DNA of 64,000 nt, from positions 7,526-71,525 of IMG/VR virus record IMGVR_UViG_3300037043_000091. The stretch is one strand, 5' to 3'. Made by a program: the position numbers and the translations under genes. Shown here piece by piece: positions 32,933-42,697 of the stretch. The notes under the pieces were generated by a model. That model was not told the DNA's origin. It did not search any database and saw only the letters and a list, made by a program, of their open reading frames with translations. The stretch is from a virus. Lineage: Duplodnaviria; Caudoviricetes. Positions within the stretch are counted from its first letter, which is position 1, and each line of letters opens with the position of its first letter.

Positions 32933-34705
32933 TTACCTCCGAGCCAGGCGCAAGGGGGTGATCTCCAGTTGACTCAACTCCTTAAAGTCCACGATGTCAA
33001 CAACAAACTCGTTCCCTTGAATATCCCTGCTCACCACGACCCGGTTATCGTCCCGATCCGGCGAGAAGACCCCCTCCCCGGTATCAGACTCGACACGAAC
33101 CCGTGTCGACTTCCCGGCGTTCTTGCCGAACTGGACCCCTCTGATCCGCTTCTCCGAGTCGGTGCCGAAGTTTGCCGGCCCCACCCGGGCGCCCGTGTGA
33201 ATGGTTTCGCCGGCATCAAATTCCCCGCCCAGAAGGTAAATCCCGTCCTCCCCGGCAGCATATGCCTGTTCACGAAACTGAGCAAAGGAATTGAAGTTGA
33301 AGGCCGAGAAGATGCTGGGCTCAAAAGATTGGCCATTGAGAACCCATGCCTCGAAAACCTCAGAAGGTTCGGCCCCACCCAGAACAAACCCGCCCAGGGC
33401 GTCCCCGGTGATGACCACCAACGGGGGCATCCGGGATATTCCCAGGCCGCCACCGCCTACCACAAATACCATGCCGTCGCTTTCGATAACCGAAGACGAC
33501 GGGGTGCTTTCCTCTATGGGACTGTCTTCTCCGCCGAACTCGAAGCCGCCGGAGCCAACTATGGCCTGGTCCAGAGAAGTCGGATAGGAAACCTCAACCG
33601 GAACGGCTCTCACACCGCCCATCTTCCATCCGCCGGTTGGGACTATGGCGGTTGTTGTCGGGGTTTCGCCGGGGTCCAGGGTGAGGCCGGAGCCGGCGAG
33701 TACGAACCCGCCGCTGGCCTCCTGGACGGTGCTGGGTATGTCATCCGGGGAAACCTGGCTCAAGACACCGGCGCCACCAAATGCGAAGCCTCCGGTGGCC
33801 TCCAGCGCCTCCGAAGTTGGCACGGTGGACTCTGCCCCACCCGATACATCCGAGCCACAAAAGGCCCAACCTCCGCCCGGAATAACAATGTCTTCCGGCG
33901 GCATGGTGGAGATCGCTTCAAAATCTCCAGCAGCGGCGCCGCCGCCCATGTAAAAGCCGGTGGGTTCGGCCTCAGTTCCGTCGCCAGATTCCGTAGGCGT
34001 TTCAGAATCCCAGACCCCGGCCCCGCCCATGGCAAAGCCGCCCGTAGAGGCTGGTATGTCGGTTATAGTCCCCGCCTCAACAGGTTCATAGGGGGATACC
34101 GGGATGAGCCTGAGAAGCCCGTGGCCGCGGTAACGATGCGACCCATAAGAGGTCGCCTGGGGGGTTAAGGTGATTGTCGCTTGCCCCGTGTAATGCTTTG
34201 GTCCCCAGGCCGGGCTTGCCGGCGTCATTGTTATAAGCCCCGCCCCGGTGTAAGCAGGGGGGGTGCTTATCTTGAACTCAAATTCATAAACATCTGGAGT
34301 TGGCGATGAACTCGACCCTGTTCCTAAGAGCCGGTAATAACGATAGTAAGTGTTGTTGGCCGCTAACTGCGTTTGTGTTTGGGTGGTGGCGCCTCCCAGC
34401 GTAAAAGCGCTACCGATGTCGGTCCAGTCAACGTCGTTATTGCTTCCTTGCCACTTCCACGACCCCTGATTGGCCGTGCCTGATTGATAGTATTTTGCTT
34501 CAGTTATAACCTTGGGTGTACCAAAGTCGAACTTGATATATTTCCCGGAAACCGTTGCGGAAGGGAACGAAGTGGTGTCTGTGAAAAGGCCATTTACAAG
34601 TTTACTAACAGGCCCATCGGTAAAGCTGACATCCGTGGTGACCGTAATTGTTCCAGTACGGTCCCCGGTGCCGCCCGGATTCGCATAGGAAGTTGGAACT
34701 GGCAT
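32933..34705 (-). CDS. tail protein: F5/8 type C domain + GG-F-x-x-GG repeats + conserved C-terminal domain
   Basis: KFDFG..WQGSNN..W..YYRYYRL; nine Gly-rich repeats; AWVLN..FNFNSFA..DGIYLL.G. Confidence 0.75.
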   Translation of the reverse strand: MPVPTSYANPGGTGDRTGTITVTTDVSFTDGPVSKLVNGLFTDTTSFPSATVSGKYIKFDFGTPKVITEAKYYQSGTANQGSWKWQGSNNDVDWTDIGSAFTLGGATTQTQTQLAANNTYYRYYRLLGTGSSSSPTPDVYEFEFKISTPPAYTGAGLITMTPASPAWGPKHYTGQATITLTPQATSYGSHRYRGHGLLRLIPVSPYEPVEAGTITDIPASTGGFAMGGAGVWDSETPTESGDGTEAEPTGFYMGGGAAAGDFEAISTMPPEDIVIPGGGWAFCGSDVSGGAESTVPTSEALEATGGFAFGGAGVLSQVSPDDIPSTVQEASGGFVLAGSGLTLDPGETPTTTAIVPTGGWKMGGVRAVPVEVSYPTSLDQAIVGSGGFEFGGEDSPIEESTPSSSVIESDGMVFVVGGGGLGISRMPPLVVITGDALGGFVLGGAEPSEVFEAWVLNGQSFEPSIFSAFNFNSFAQFREQAYAAGEDGIYLLGGEFDAGETIHTGARVGPANFGTDSEKRIRGVQFGKNAGKSTRVRVESDTGEGVFSPDRDDNRVVVSRDIQGNEFVVDIVDFKELSQLEITPLRLARR

Positions 34706-34706
34706 T

Positions 34707-35117
34707 TTATGCCGCCATTACTGTCGGGGTAACAAGGATGGACAGCCCATCCGGGGTATCATAAGGCCCATCTGAAAATTGTTCCACCAAGATCAAATTT
34801 CCCGAGGTTCCGTTCACGGCGTCGGTGATGAAGTAGCCGGTGACGTTTCCCCAATCCCCGCCCGATGCGGTGAAGGTCTGTTCCTCATGGGTGGCCTCGT
34901 CATCAACTACCGTCCAATTTGCATCGGGCAGGGCGATGCGGTCGTAGCCATTCGCCCCTTCGGTTAATTCCGTGATGGAGGCCAGGTTGGCGGTTTCGCC
35001 TGGCTCGGTCAAGTCGGTATAGAGCCCCAGGTAAAGGTTCCCGGACCCGCCCCGGGTTCCACCCGCCAAGAACACCTCCAAAAGAGCGTTTTCACCTTCA
35101 TTGCAAAGTTTGGCCAT
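34707..35117 (-). CDS. small tail-fibre/structural protein (LYLGLYT..GY.R family)
   Basis: NEGE..LYLGLYT..TEL..GYDR..W..TF.A.GG.WG.VTGYFITD. Confidence 0.7.
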   Translation of the reverse strand: MAKLCNEGENALLEVFLAGGTRGGSGNLYLGLYTDLTEPGETANLASITELTEGANGYDRIALPDANWTVVDDEATHEEQTFTASGGDWGNVTGYFITDAVNGTSGNLILVEQFSDGPYDTPDGLSILVTPTVMAA

Positions 35118-35119
35118 AG

Positions 35120-36724
35120 CTATTCTCCTTGTTCTTCGGGCCACATCCCGACGGCTTGAAGTTCTTCCTTCGTGTGAGGACGGTAATAAAAGTCAATTCC
35201 CTCCGGGGTTTCATAACCGTCGAGAGGGCTCAGGTCCACGCACCCAGGTTCGCTTTGGTATGCACTATTCAGAAACCAGGTGAGTCCCCTCTGCTCTACG
35301 AGGTCAGCCGGGGCGTTTGGCCACATATCAATGGGCGGGACATAGCCGACTTGCGAGTATCCGCCGCCCCAATCCCATGCAAAAGTCCCTTCCGGGCCGT
35401 GGCCACAAGCCATAGAAGGGGACCCGCTACTAACCGAAGCCTTGATTGCTTCCACTAGTTCAGGACTATAAATGCCGGCCTTGACCATGAAATACTTATG
35501 CCGCTGGCCTTCCGGTGGGTACACCTCCGGGTTATTGGGGTGCCGGGGGTCCAACTCGTAACTCCATGTGGGTGGATTCCCTGTCGGGTGACCCCGCTCA
35601 GCGCGCTCCACATACCAGAAATTGTACCACTCGTCCCATTGGGTCTTGCCCCACCCTCCACCTTCCGGCGGCCAGGTCCATTGCCAAAACGCCTCTAAGG
35701 TCTGATTGTACTCGTTTGGGATAACGGGAACGTATGGGCCTAACCAAATCGGGCTGCCATCGCTGTCGCCGCCTTCCTCAGAGTGAGCAATATAATAGGT
35801 GTATCTGGCGCTCACATCTTCGCTGGCCCCGTAAATTGCGTAAACTATGGGGCCGACTACAACAATCCAGACGGTCACCTTGCATCGGTAGACATTCTCT
35901 ATCGACCTGAAGTGCAGCCTCCCGGTTGGGTAAAATCCGCCCGGGTCCCAGGGGAAATAATCCACCAGTTGCCACCTGGGGAACGGCTGGTCTTTGTCGT
36001 TATTTTGAACCTCAATGGCGCTTGAAGCCTTTTCCGCCTGCTGCAGCAACTTATAGTCTAAGTCGGCGGGGTCTTTATCGGGCAGGGTCCAACCCCCCGT
36101 GAAACAGGGGTTCGTCGTACTCCACCCTGCGTCTGCCACGGATTCCTGGGCCTTGGAAGGCGAGATAAGGTATGGGTTCGTAGCAAGCGCCCCGTTGTTG
36201 CCGCCCCAATACCCCGAATTAACGGCCCCGCTCACCTCCAGGGAGAAAACATCCTCACCTATTCGCGGCATACCGTCGGCAAAACCCAGGACAGCCTTTG
36301 CCACACCTTCCTGCACCATGACGACCACTTCGTCGCCTACCCGAAAACTCATCCAGGCCTTCTTAAAAAAGCCCTTCTCCTGGTCATAGTCCTGGGCTTT
36401 AACATCGCCCACCGGATCATCCCAGAAGTCCTCCCTTGGGTGATAGAAGATGGGGATGAAGTCTGAGTCCCCTGCTTCCTCCGTCCGGACCTTGACCATG
36501 CTCTCAACCTTGAAGGGATCGCCCTCAAGGTCGATGTATGGATTCCCTGCTGCTATCCTATCCGCCGGCGGGATATGCTCGGGACGCTGAAAGTCCGTGA
36601 TAGTCCCTTTGACGAATGAGGTCTTACAAACGTCAGAGAAAGCAGGGAAGTCCAGGCGCCGAGAAAGCGGATACTTCTCGGTAACCTCCAACTCGGTGCC
36701 TGGATAGATTTCAGCGTCACTCAT
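35120..36724 (-). CDS. tail protein, N-terminal OB-fold-like region and W/Y/P-rich C-terminus
   Basis: SFRVGDEVVVM..EG..AVLGF; aromatic-rich distal half. Confidence 0.6.
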   Translation of the reverse strand: MSDAEIYPGTELEVTEKYPLSRRLDFPAFSDVCKTSFVKGTITDFQRPEHIPPADRIAAGNPYIDLEGDPFKVESMVKVRTEEAGDSDFIPIFYHPREDFWDDPVGDVKAQDYDQEKGFFKKAWMSFRVGDEVVVMVQEGVAKAVLGFADGMPRIGEDVFSLEVSGAVNSGYWGGNNGALATNPYLISPSKAQESVADAGWSTTNPCFTGGWTLPDKDPADLDYKLLQQAEKASSAIEVQNNDKDQPFPRWQLVDYFPWDPGGFYPTGRLHFRSIENVYRCKVTVWIVVVGPIVYAIYGASEDVSARYTYYIAHSEEGGDSDGSPIWLGPYVPVIPNEYNQTLEAFWQWTWPPEGGGWGKTQWDEWYNFWYVERAERGHPTGNPPTWSYELDPRHPNNPEVYPPEGQRHKYFMVKAGIYSPELVEAIKASVSSGSPSMACGHGPEGTFAWDWGGGYSQVGYVPPIDMWPNAPADLVEQRGLTWFLNSAYQSEPGCVDLSPLDGYETPEGIDFYYRPHTKEELQAVGMWPEEQGE

Positions 36725-36727
36725 TCG

Positions 36728-37681
36728 TTACCCGGTACTCATCGTCAAAGTCGGCTGGTAGCTGATTTTCTGCCCCAGCGTGGTAATGGCAATCGGGGTC
36801 GTCAGGGCTTCGACGAAGACCAGCTTCTTGCTGGAGTCCCCGGCCAGCGTCGCACACACGACAGCCGGGCCGGAAGTGTACAGGGATGCAACCGCCACGG
36901 TGAGGCCGTCGTTGCCAGAACCGCTAATCTTCGTGGTGGCTTGGGTGGCGACCGTGTAGTCCTTGCCGCCGGTGATCAACTCAACCGCAGTAACGACGCC
37001 GCCCGAAACGGCGGTGACCCGGCCAACGCCGCCGGTCCCGGTCCCGATGATGAACAAATCACCGACAGCGTAGCCCGTACCGCCAGCAGGCGGGGTGGCC
37101 GTCAGTACCTTGATCTCGGACGTGGCGGTCGGCCTGGACACTCCCACCAGGCTTGCCCCGGCCAGGAAGGTGCCGCTCTGATTCTTAAGGTAGAGGTTGC
37201 CGGCCGCATCACCAGCGGCCCAGGACCCGGATGTGATATTCACCCCGGTCACCTCCGCACAGACCGCACTTTGACGGAGAACGTCCCCGACGCGGATAGG
37301 CTGGACGCCGGTTGTGAAGGGCAGGACCAGGGTGTAGCCGAACACGCCGTACACGGTATTTCCAAGCGCCACATCGGGGGCCAGGAAGGTCCACTCCAGG
37401 GCGGCAGCGCCATAAATGGCCGAAGCCTTACCGGCGGAGTTGACCGACATGGTCCACATTGACGCTACACCCGCCGCCGCCTCCTTGACGACGTTATTCA
37501 GGTACTTCCTGATGTAGCCGTAGGTGGTCGGGTCGGTGGCCGGCATTTCCTCCAGGGTGGAGAAAATGGTATTCCCGTCCGGGATGACTTGGTTCTTGTA
37601 AAGGCCAATGACAATGGCCTGCTGAAGGAGAATCGCCTTCAGCGCCTCTTTTTCGGCTTCGTTTGGGATGTAAACGCTCAT
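36728..37681 (-). CDS. paralogue of 34707..35117 with inserted domains
   Basis: PNEAE..IGLY..EM..GY.R..W..LEWTF..VYG.F; insert GGTGYAVGD..GGKDY. Confidence 0.7.
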   Translation of the reverse strand: MSVYIPNEAEKEALKAILLQQAIVIGLYKNQVIPDGNTIFSTLEEMPATDPTTYGYIRKYLNNVVKEAAAGVASMWTMSVNSAGKASAIYGAAALEWTFLAPDVALGNTVYGVFGYTLVLPFTTGVQPIRVGDVLRQSAVCAEVTGVNITSGSWAAGDAAGNLYLKNQSGTFLAGASLVGVSRPTATSEIKVLTATPPAGGTGYAVGDLFIIGTGTGGVGRVTAVSGGVVTAVELITGGKDYTVATQATTKISGSGNDGLTVAVASLYTSGPAVVCATLAGDSSKKLVFVEALTTPIAITTLGQKISYQPTLTMSTG

Positions 37682-37708
37682 AAGGTAATTCTCCTATTCC
37701 TGGTTTTA

Positions 37709-38188
37709 TTATTCAGCCTTTAACAGGCGGTAAAGCACTTCGATCTGGGCGACGGTAGCGTCTTCGGGAACGTCGGCCTCATTGATCTGGTGGACTTCAA
37801 CGGTGATGGGCTCTTTCAGGCCTTCAACGTAGCCGTCGGTCAACTTCTTCCGGTCTGCTATGACTTCGGCGTATTCCTCCTGAATCGGAGCCAGAGCCGC
37901 GTCAAACGCCTCCTTGTTGTCACCGAAGAAGAACTCCTTCCCGATGATTACGGGGGCGCCGTTGATGTCCTTCTGAGCATATTGCCGGCAGAGCGTCAGG
38001 CGCTTGTCTTCGTATGCCCGGAACTCCAGGGACGGCTTCAACGCCTCGTCCAGGGCCTCCACCTCTGGCTTCAGCTTGGCTTTGGTCCGGGCCACGGCGT
38101 AACCCAGCTTAAAGCCTTTCAGGTTGCCCAGCGATGCAAGGCCGTTCCACAGTTCAAAAAGTTCCTGCCTGGTGATGGTAATCTTCAT
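37709..38188 (-). CDS. DUF1617-like helical protein (possible fibre chaperone)
   Basis: AR.K.KL..E..AL..E.KR..L..YA.KD.NG pattern. Confidence 0.55.
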   Translation of the reverse strand: MKITITRQELFELWNGLASLGNLKGFKLGYAVARTKAKLKPEVEALDEALKPSLEFRAYEDKRLTLCRQYAQKDINGAPVIIGKEFFFGDNKEAFDAALAPIQEEYAEVIADRKKLTDGYVEGLKEPITVEVHQINEADVPEDATVAQIEVLYRLLKAE

Positions 38189-38238
38189 TCATGCCTCCTT
38201 CTGTTAGGGTTAGGTTTCCCCTCCACCTCTACCACACT

Positions 38239-39210
38239 TTAAGGCCCGAGGCCCGTGGTTTTTTTGATGCTGGCCAGGGCCAGGCCGTTCACGGTCTTGA
38301 CGCTGCCGAATGACAGGCCGCACCACGTTTTAGGAATGGCCGGGCCATAAAGCGCAGACTCACCAACATAAATATACCCAGAGGCAATAGAGTAGTTGAT
38401 CCGGTAATAGCGATATGGGGTGGAGTTTGCCCACCAGAAGTCATGATAATGACCGGACTTCAGTTCATTGGCACACGTCAACAGCAAAGTCCAGTCCGTG
38501 TCATTAGTCGATCCTTCTATCGTGGCGGTCCCGAAATGGTTTGTTCTCATCGCAGTAGATTGTTTGAACGTCCACCTTGTACACGCCCTCCACGCCGATG
38601 CTGTCGCCCCGAAATCTATCTTGGCCCAACGGCTCGCACCGCTACTGATAAACTCAGTCGCCAGGTTGCCGTCAAAGGCATTAGCGAAAACATTGGTGGT
38701 ATAGTGATTTGCGTCTGAGTAGGTCTGTCCGGCCCCGTAACTGAAAAGGGTCGTCGGGATGCCCGGGGCCTGCCCATCCGGCCCCATATATTTTACTGCC
38801 CAGATTCTCGGATAAGTTGTCCCGCTTACAAGGGAATTTATTTTCATCTTGTAATAGCGATAAGCCGTGCTATTTGAAAACGTGACATATCCATAACCGT
38901 CGTCTACTGATGTTGGCACCAATCCAGTTGCAAGACTTGTCCATGAAATAGAGCCGTCGGCATTGTGAGTGCCACCTTCAACATCAATGTCATCTGGTGA
39001 CTGGTTATGTGCGGTATCATAAAGTTCTATTCTGTCAATCACATAATCGCAAAATGGCGGGAAATCAACGTAAAAATAAGCAGGAATGACGCCCTTGGTC
39101 CAATAGGTTGCGGTATCTCCGTCCCACCCCTTATAAGGGTACATTGATGAATAATACCCGTCAGCGAAGTACCCGCAATTTGCAACGACATCGTTGTATT
39201 GAGTCGACAT
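38239..39210 (-). CDS. receptor-binding candidate with two F5/8 type C domains
   Basis: Two (G/A)(W/F)DG...W/F...W.(S/L)L...YRYY units; KTVNGLALASIKK C-terminal motif; visibly AT-richer. Confidence 0.75.
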   Translation of the reverse strand: MSTQYNDVVANCGYFADGYYSSMYPYKGWDGDTATYWTKGVIPAYFYVDFPPFCDYVIDRIELYDTAHNQSPDDIDVEGGTHNADGSISWTSLATGLVPTSVDDGYGYVTFSNSTAYRYYKMKINSLVSGTTYPRIWAVKYMGPDGQAPGIPTTLFSYGAGQTYSDANHYTTNVFANAFDGNLATEFISSGASRWAKIDFGATASAWRACTRWTFKQSTAMRTNHFGTATIEGSTNDTDWTLLLTCANELKSGHYHDFWWANSTPYRYYRINYSIASGYIYVGESALYGPAIPKTWCGLSFGSVKTVNGLALASIKKTTGLGP

Positions 39211-39212
39211 CC

Positions 39213-41024
39213 CTAAACCTTGGTGACGTAATCGTACTGCGGGTTAAAAAACATGGAGTCGGCAGTTATTGCAAAGCCGACCACCTGGAGGACGTCATCG
39301 GTGCCGAACTCTGAGAAATCGGAGGTCTGCATCAGAGTCCCCACCGTGGTAGACAAAAAGATGAGCCCCGCTCTCCCGGGGCCAAGGGTCCAGTTCCAGC
39401 TATTGTCCCGGATCACACCTCGAAGCAAGACCTTCTTACTCCCCGTTCCGGTTTCCAGGGCCAGGGCCACGCAGGGGGCCGTCGTGGACCCGTCGGCGTC
39501 AGCGGTGTCCATGTTGCCATCCGCCGCCATGAACAAGGGGGCCCCGAATCCTTCAGCGTTGGTGTCCACGGTGATGGTGATGATGTCGCCGTTGGCGGTG
39601 TGATCGGTGGCCGGGACGGTGTGGACCGTGCCGCGGCCCAGGGTGCAGAGCAGGCCGTCTTCCGTCCTGATCTTGAATCCGGCGGTGCCGGCCCCGTCGA
39701 TATCCTCCACCCACATTTGGGCGATGTTAGCTGGAGAGGTGCTGGGCGCCGTACCAATTCCCTGGGAGAACACGGAGGCAGCGCTGGTGCCATAGTCACC
39801 GGTTCCAATCCCGAAGTTGGTGGGATTTGGGACAGTTATGCCGGGACAGGTCGCCCCGTCACGATAAAACGTCATGGCGTAAGCGCCGGCGTCCCAGGCA
39901 TCGTTCACACATTTAATCGACAGATACGTGGTGGTCAGTTCCCAATTCCACCACTTTTCGTTAGCGTCGGCGCCAGCAAGGTAGTGGATAATGCTCGGTG
40001 ATATTAACGCATCAGCAGAGGTGTTTCCTCCTGTCAGAGTAATAGCTGAGCCAGTAATGGTGATGGGGAGATAGACAGAGCCAGTATCGTCATAGGCATT
40101 AATGCCAAGCCCAGCAGAACTTGTGATTGCAAAATCACTTCTATATCGAGTTGCCACCCCCCTGAGTCTAATATTGACTTCAGAACTATCGACAGTCAGT
40201 TTATACGGTGGCGACACCGTCCCAATGCCGACGTTACCGCTACCAAGAACGGTGACCAGAGGTGAGGTGTAGTTGTAAATATCTAAAACGATTTCGGCAG
40301 CAGCCAAGACCTGGCCGCCCGTGCCGCTTTTCTTGAACCCGGATAAATGGATAGCTGGGGTGGTGGGGGCCGCTCCGCCGGATATTCCGTATATGACGAG
40401 CGGATAACCGGAGTTGTGATCCGTCAGGCCAAGAAGCTGGAGGCCGCCGTAGGTGGTGTTCTGGATTGATATTTTGGAGTACGCGCTGGTGAGCGCCCAA
40501 TCGGTAATCCCGTGTGCAACATTCGAGCCAGTTAAAAGAATGTCGCCCAAAATATTGGCAGCGTAAGCGCCAGCGCCAGCACCAGCCAAGAGTTCGAGGG
40601 TGGCGCCGGTTCTTGTACCACCTTCAATCCTCACCTGTGGATTGCTTCCCGTCCCCCCGCCGATAATAAGAGCCCTGCCAAGAGCGGCTGTTCCACAAGA
40701 AAGATTTGCCAGGTCGCCAGCAAAAGAATCTGACGCCTCTAGAGCCAAGAGGTCCCCGCCACCAGTAGAGGATGTTACTATATAGAGTGCAACCCCGGTC
40801 GTAAGACCGTCTGCTTGAATATGGGCAACATAACCCGATACACCTGATAAAGGGGAAACAACGTGAAGCTGAGAGGTGGGTATTTGAACACCGAATCCAA
40901 CATTTTGTTGAAAATAGGTTAGGCCGTTTTCATCCACCGTTGCAGCGGGTGTATCGCCATCGCTGGACCAAAGTTCGTAATGCTTGTGGTCGTCCCAGGC
41001 TAATTTTTTCCAGGTCGCTGCCAT
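39213..41024 (-). CDS. tail fibre protein
   Basis: NVGFG/GNVGIGTVSP fibre motifs; G/T/A-rich. Confidence 0.8.
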   Translation of the reverse strand: MAATWKKLAWDDHKHYELWSSDGDTPAATVDENGLTYFQQNVGFGVQIPTSQLHVVSPLSGVSGYVAHIQADGLTTGVALYIVTSSTGGGDLLALEASDSFAGDLANLSCGTAALGRALIIGGGTGSNPQVRIEGGTRTGATLELLAGAGAGAYAANILGDILLTGSNVAHGITDWALTSAYSKISIQNTTYGGLQLLGLTDHNSGYPLVIYGISGGAAPTTPAIHLSGFKKSGTGGQVLAAAEIVLDIYNYTSPLVTVLGSGNVGIGTVSPPYKLTVDSSEVNIRLRGVATRYRSDFAITSSAGLGINAYDDTGSVYLPITITGSAITLTGGNTSADALISPSIIHYLAGADANEKWWNWELTTTYLSIKCVNDAWDAGAYAMTFYRDGATCPGITVPNPTNFGIGTGDYGTSAASVFSQGIGTAPSTSPANIAQMWVEDIDGAGTAGFKIRTEDGLLCTLGRGTVHTVPATDHTANGDIITITVDTNAEGFGAPLFMAADGNMDTADADGSTTAPCVALALETGTGSKKVLLRGVIRDNSWNWTLGPGRAGLIFLSTTVGTLMQTSDFSEFGTDDVLQVVGFAITADSMFFNPQYDYVTKV

Positions 41025-41279
41025 CTAAACCCCGTACTTCTTTTTGGCTTGGGCTACGGTTTCGGCTACCAGCATTTGCAGCACCAGGAGGACCTGGGGG
41101 AGGGGCAGGCGAGATTCAGCGATAAAAGCCACGAAGCGGTTATAAAGCTGCGCCATGCTCTGCTCCAGTTGATCCTCATAGAGTGTCGCCAGGTGGTTCA
41201 AGGCGGCTTGTCGCTGCTCCACGGTGGGGGAGCAGGCCGGCCCCAGGGCGTCCTGGTCAACCTTCTTCTGCTTTGCCAT
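41025..41279 (-). CDS. hypothetical helical protein
   Basis: Abuts the fibre gene start. Confidence 0.6.
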   Translation of the reverse strand: MAKQKKVDQDALGPACSPTVEQRQAALNHLATLYEDQLEQSMAQLYNRFVAFIAESRLPLPQVLLVLQMLVAETVAQAKKKYGV

Positions 41280-41409
41280 CTTCTGCCGCCTTCCTTCTCA
41301 TTTCCCGAAGTTCCCGGAGAGTGGGCTGGGGCTTGGCTGGCGGTGGGGGGGCCAGCAGGCGCTCCAGTACCCGTTTGAGGACTGCTTTTTCCTCATCAGT
41401 CAGGTGCAT
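41257..41409 (-). CDS. small hypothetical protein (50 aa, not in ORF track)
   Basis: MHLTDEEKAVLKRVLERLLAPPPPAKPQ..., starts 2 nt after the upstream stop. Confidence 0.5.
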   Translation of the reverse strand: MHLTDEEKAVLKRVLERLLAPPPPAKPQPTLRELREMRRKAAEDGKAEEG

Positions 41410-41411
41410 GG

Positions 41412-41921
41412 CTACCCCGCCACGGTGCAGACGTAGGCTTCCTGGGTGTCAAGCTGGAAACAGCCCTCGCCATTGGCGGCGGTAGTATTTGCTCTCGTAG
41501 CGGCGTTGGCGGTTGTCGGGAAGGCGACCCCACCAGATTCCGCTTCCCATGCCGGCAGCCCGGCGGTGACCTTCAGGACCTCGCCGTTGGAGCCAATACC
41601 GAGGATTGCGGCGGTATTGCCGTTGGAGTACATGATGTCGCCGTTGGCGGCGAAGTCCGACTCCATGACGGCGCCGGCGGCGGCAACGCGGGTGGCATTA
41701 CATTGCTGAGCCCCGTCCTCCACATTGGCCAGGCTGCGGATATTCGCTCCGTCCAGGGACACGATGTTCCCGGATAGCCGACCCACGACGCTGTTGGCGC
41801 TCACCACCAGCCCCAGGGCGACGTTGGCGGCCTGGGAGTACAGCATAACATGGGCCTGATCGAACAGCGTAAGCGCCGGCACATCGTCGGCATAGGCAAG
41901 TTTTTTCCAAGTTGCGGCCAT
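41412..41921 (-). CDS. short fibre-like protein sharing the MAATWKKLA N-terminus
   Basis: AGGAG RBS; G.GSNGEVLKV.AG.PAW fibre motif. Confidence 0.75.
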   Translation of the reverse strand: MAATWKKLAYADDVPALTLFDQAHVMLYSQAANVALGLVVSANSVVGRLSGNIVSLDGANIRSLANVEDGAQQCNATRVAAAGAVMESDFAANGDIMYSNGNTAAILGIGSNGEVLKVTAGLPAWEAESGGVAFPTTANAATRANTTAANGEGCFQLDTQEAYVCTVAG

Positions 41922-41931
41922 GATCTTCTCC

Positions 41932-42351
41932 TTAATCTATTTGAACGTAAACCCCTTTATCGGCGGCATTGTAGCCCACCATACCTTCAGCTACGGCCCC
42001 CCCGGGGAGGGCCATGGGGACCAGCACGATCCCCTTGAACTCGAAAGGCTCCGCACAGCTTTCCCAATTTCCGGTAACGGCGTTGTACCGGATGATGTCC
42101 CCGGTGTTCGTGCCTTCCGGATAATCATCCCCCTTATCTCCTTTATCCCCCTGCAGCCCTCTCGGACCCCGCCTTACCTCAATAATGACGGCTTCCGGCT
42201 CTGGGGCGACTATTACCGTTTCAGTTCTAACTTCAACGGCAATAGCCTGTTCTTGAACGGTGATAACCTGGTCTTGGCCCAGGGCCTCGACCAAAACCGC
42301 TTCAAGAATGGGTGCAACAACCTCGGTCAAGTTATCCGACCTCCATGCCAC
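41932..42351 (-). CDS. structural protein with short collagen-like stretch
   Basis: GPRGLQGDKGDKGD. Confidence 0.7.
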   Translation of the reverse strand: MAWRSDNLTEVVAPILEAVLVEALGQDQVITVQEQAIAVEVRTETVIVAPEPEAVIIEVRRGPRGLQGDKGDKGDDYPEGTNTGDIIRYNAVTGNWESCAEPFEFKGIVLVPMALPGGAVAEGMVGYNAADKGVYVQID

Positions 42352-42697
42352 CTACGGCGCCAGAGTCCCGGGTGACCGTGCCTTTCACAATCACCATCCC
42401 CTCAACAAAACTTTGGCGAAGCCCGTGAGGGTCGGTAAGCACCAGGTCCCAATAGGCCGTATCATCTTTGAGCAGGATGGTCTGGGTATCCGTCAGGCTG
42501 AGAACGATGCTTCCAATGAGGGGCGTGATGTCCACATGGAAGGCAACGATCAGGGCGTCCGTATCTTGCCCTATCCGTATTTCAGCTTTGCCGGTATATC
42601 CGGTCAGGTCCATCGCCTCCCCCTGGGTTTTGAAATAGAGCGTTTTGGAGAAGTCGCGGTCCCGGTAAATGGTTAGGTCCAGGGATGCCGGGTTCAT
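42332..42697 (-). CDS. Ig-like tail/baseplate-upper-type protein
   Basis: LTIYRD.DF..DLTGY..AEIR..WDLVL..EG.V. Confidence 0.75.
   Translation of the reverse strand: MNPASLDLTIYRDRDFSKTLYFKTQGEAMDLTGYTGKAEIRIGQDTDALIVAFHVDITPLIGSIVLSLTDTQTILLKDDTAYWDLVLTDPHGLRQSFVEGMVIVKGTVTRDSGAVGGMEVG

Noticed and set aside
35120-41024. Diversity-generating retroelement target in aromatic-rich tail proteins
   Set aside because: No reverse transcriptase and no TR/VR repeat pair seen
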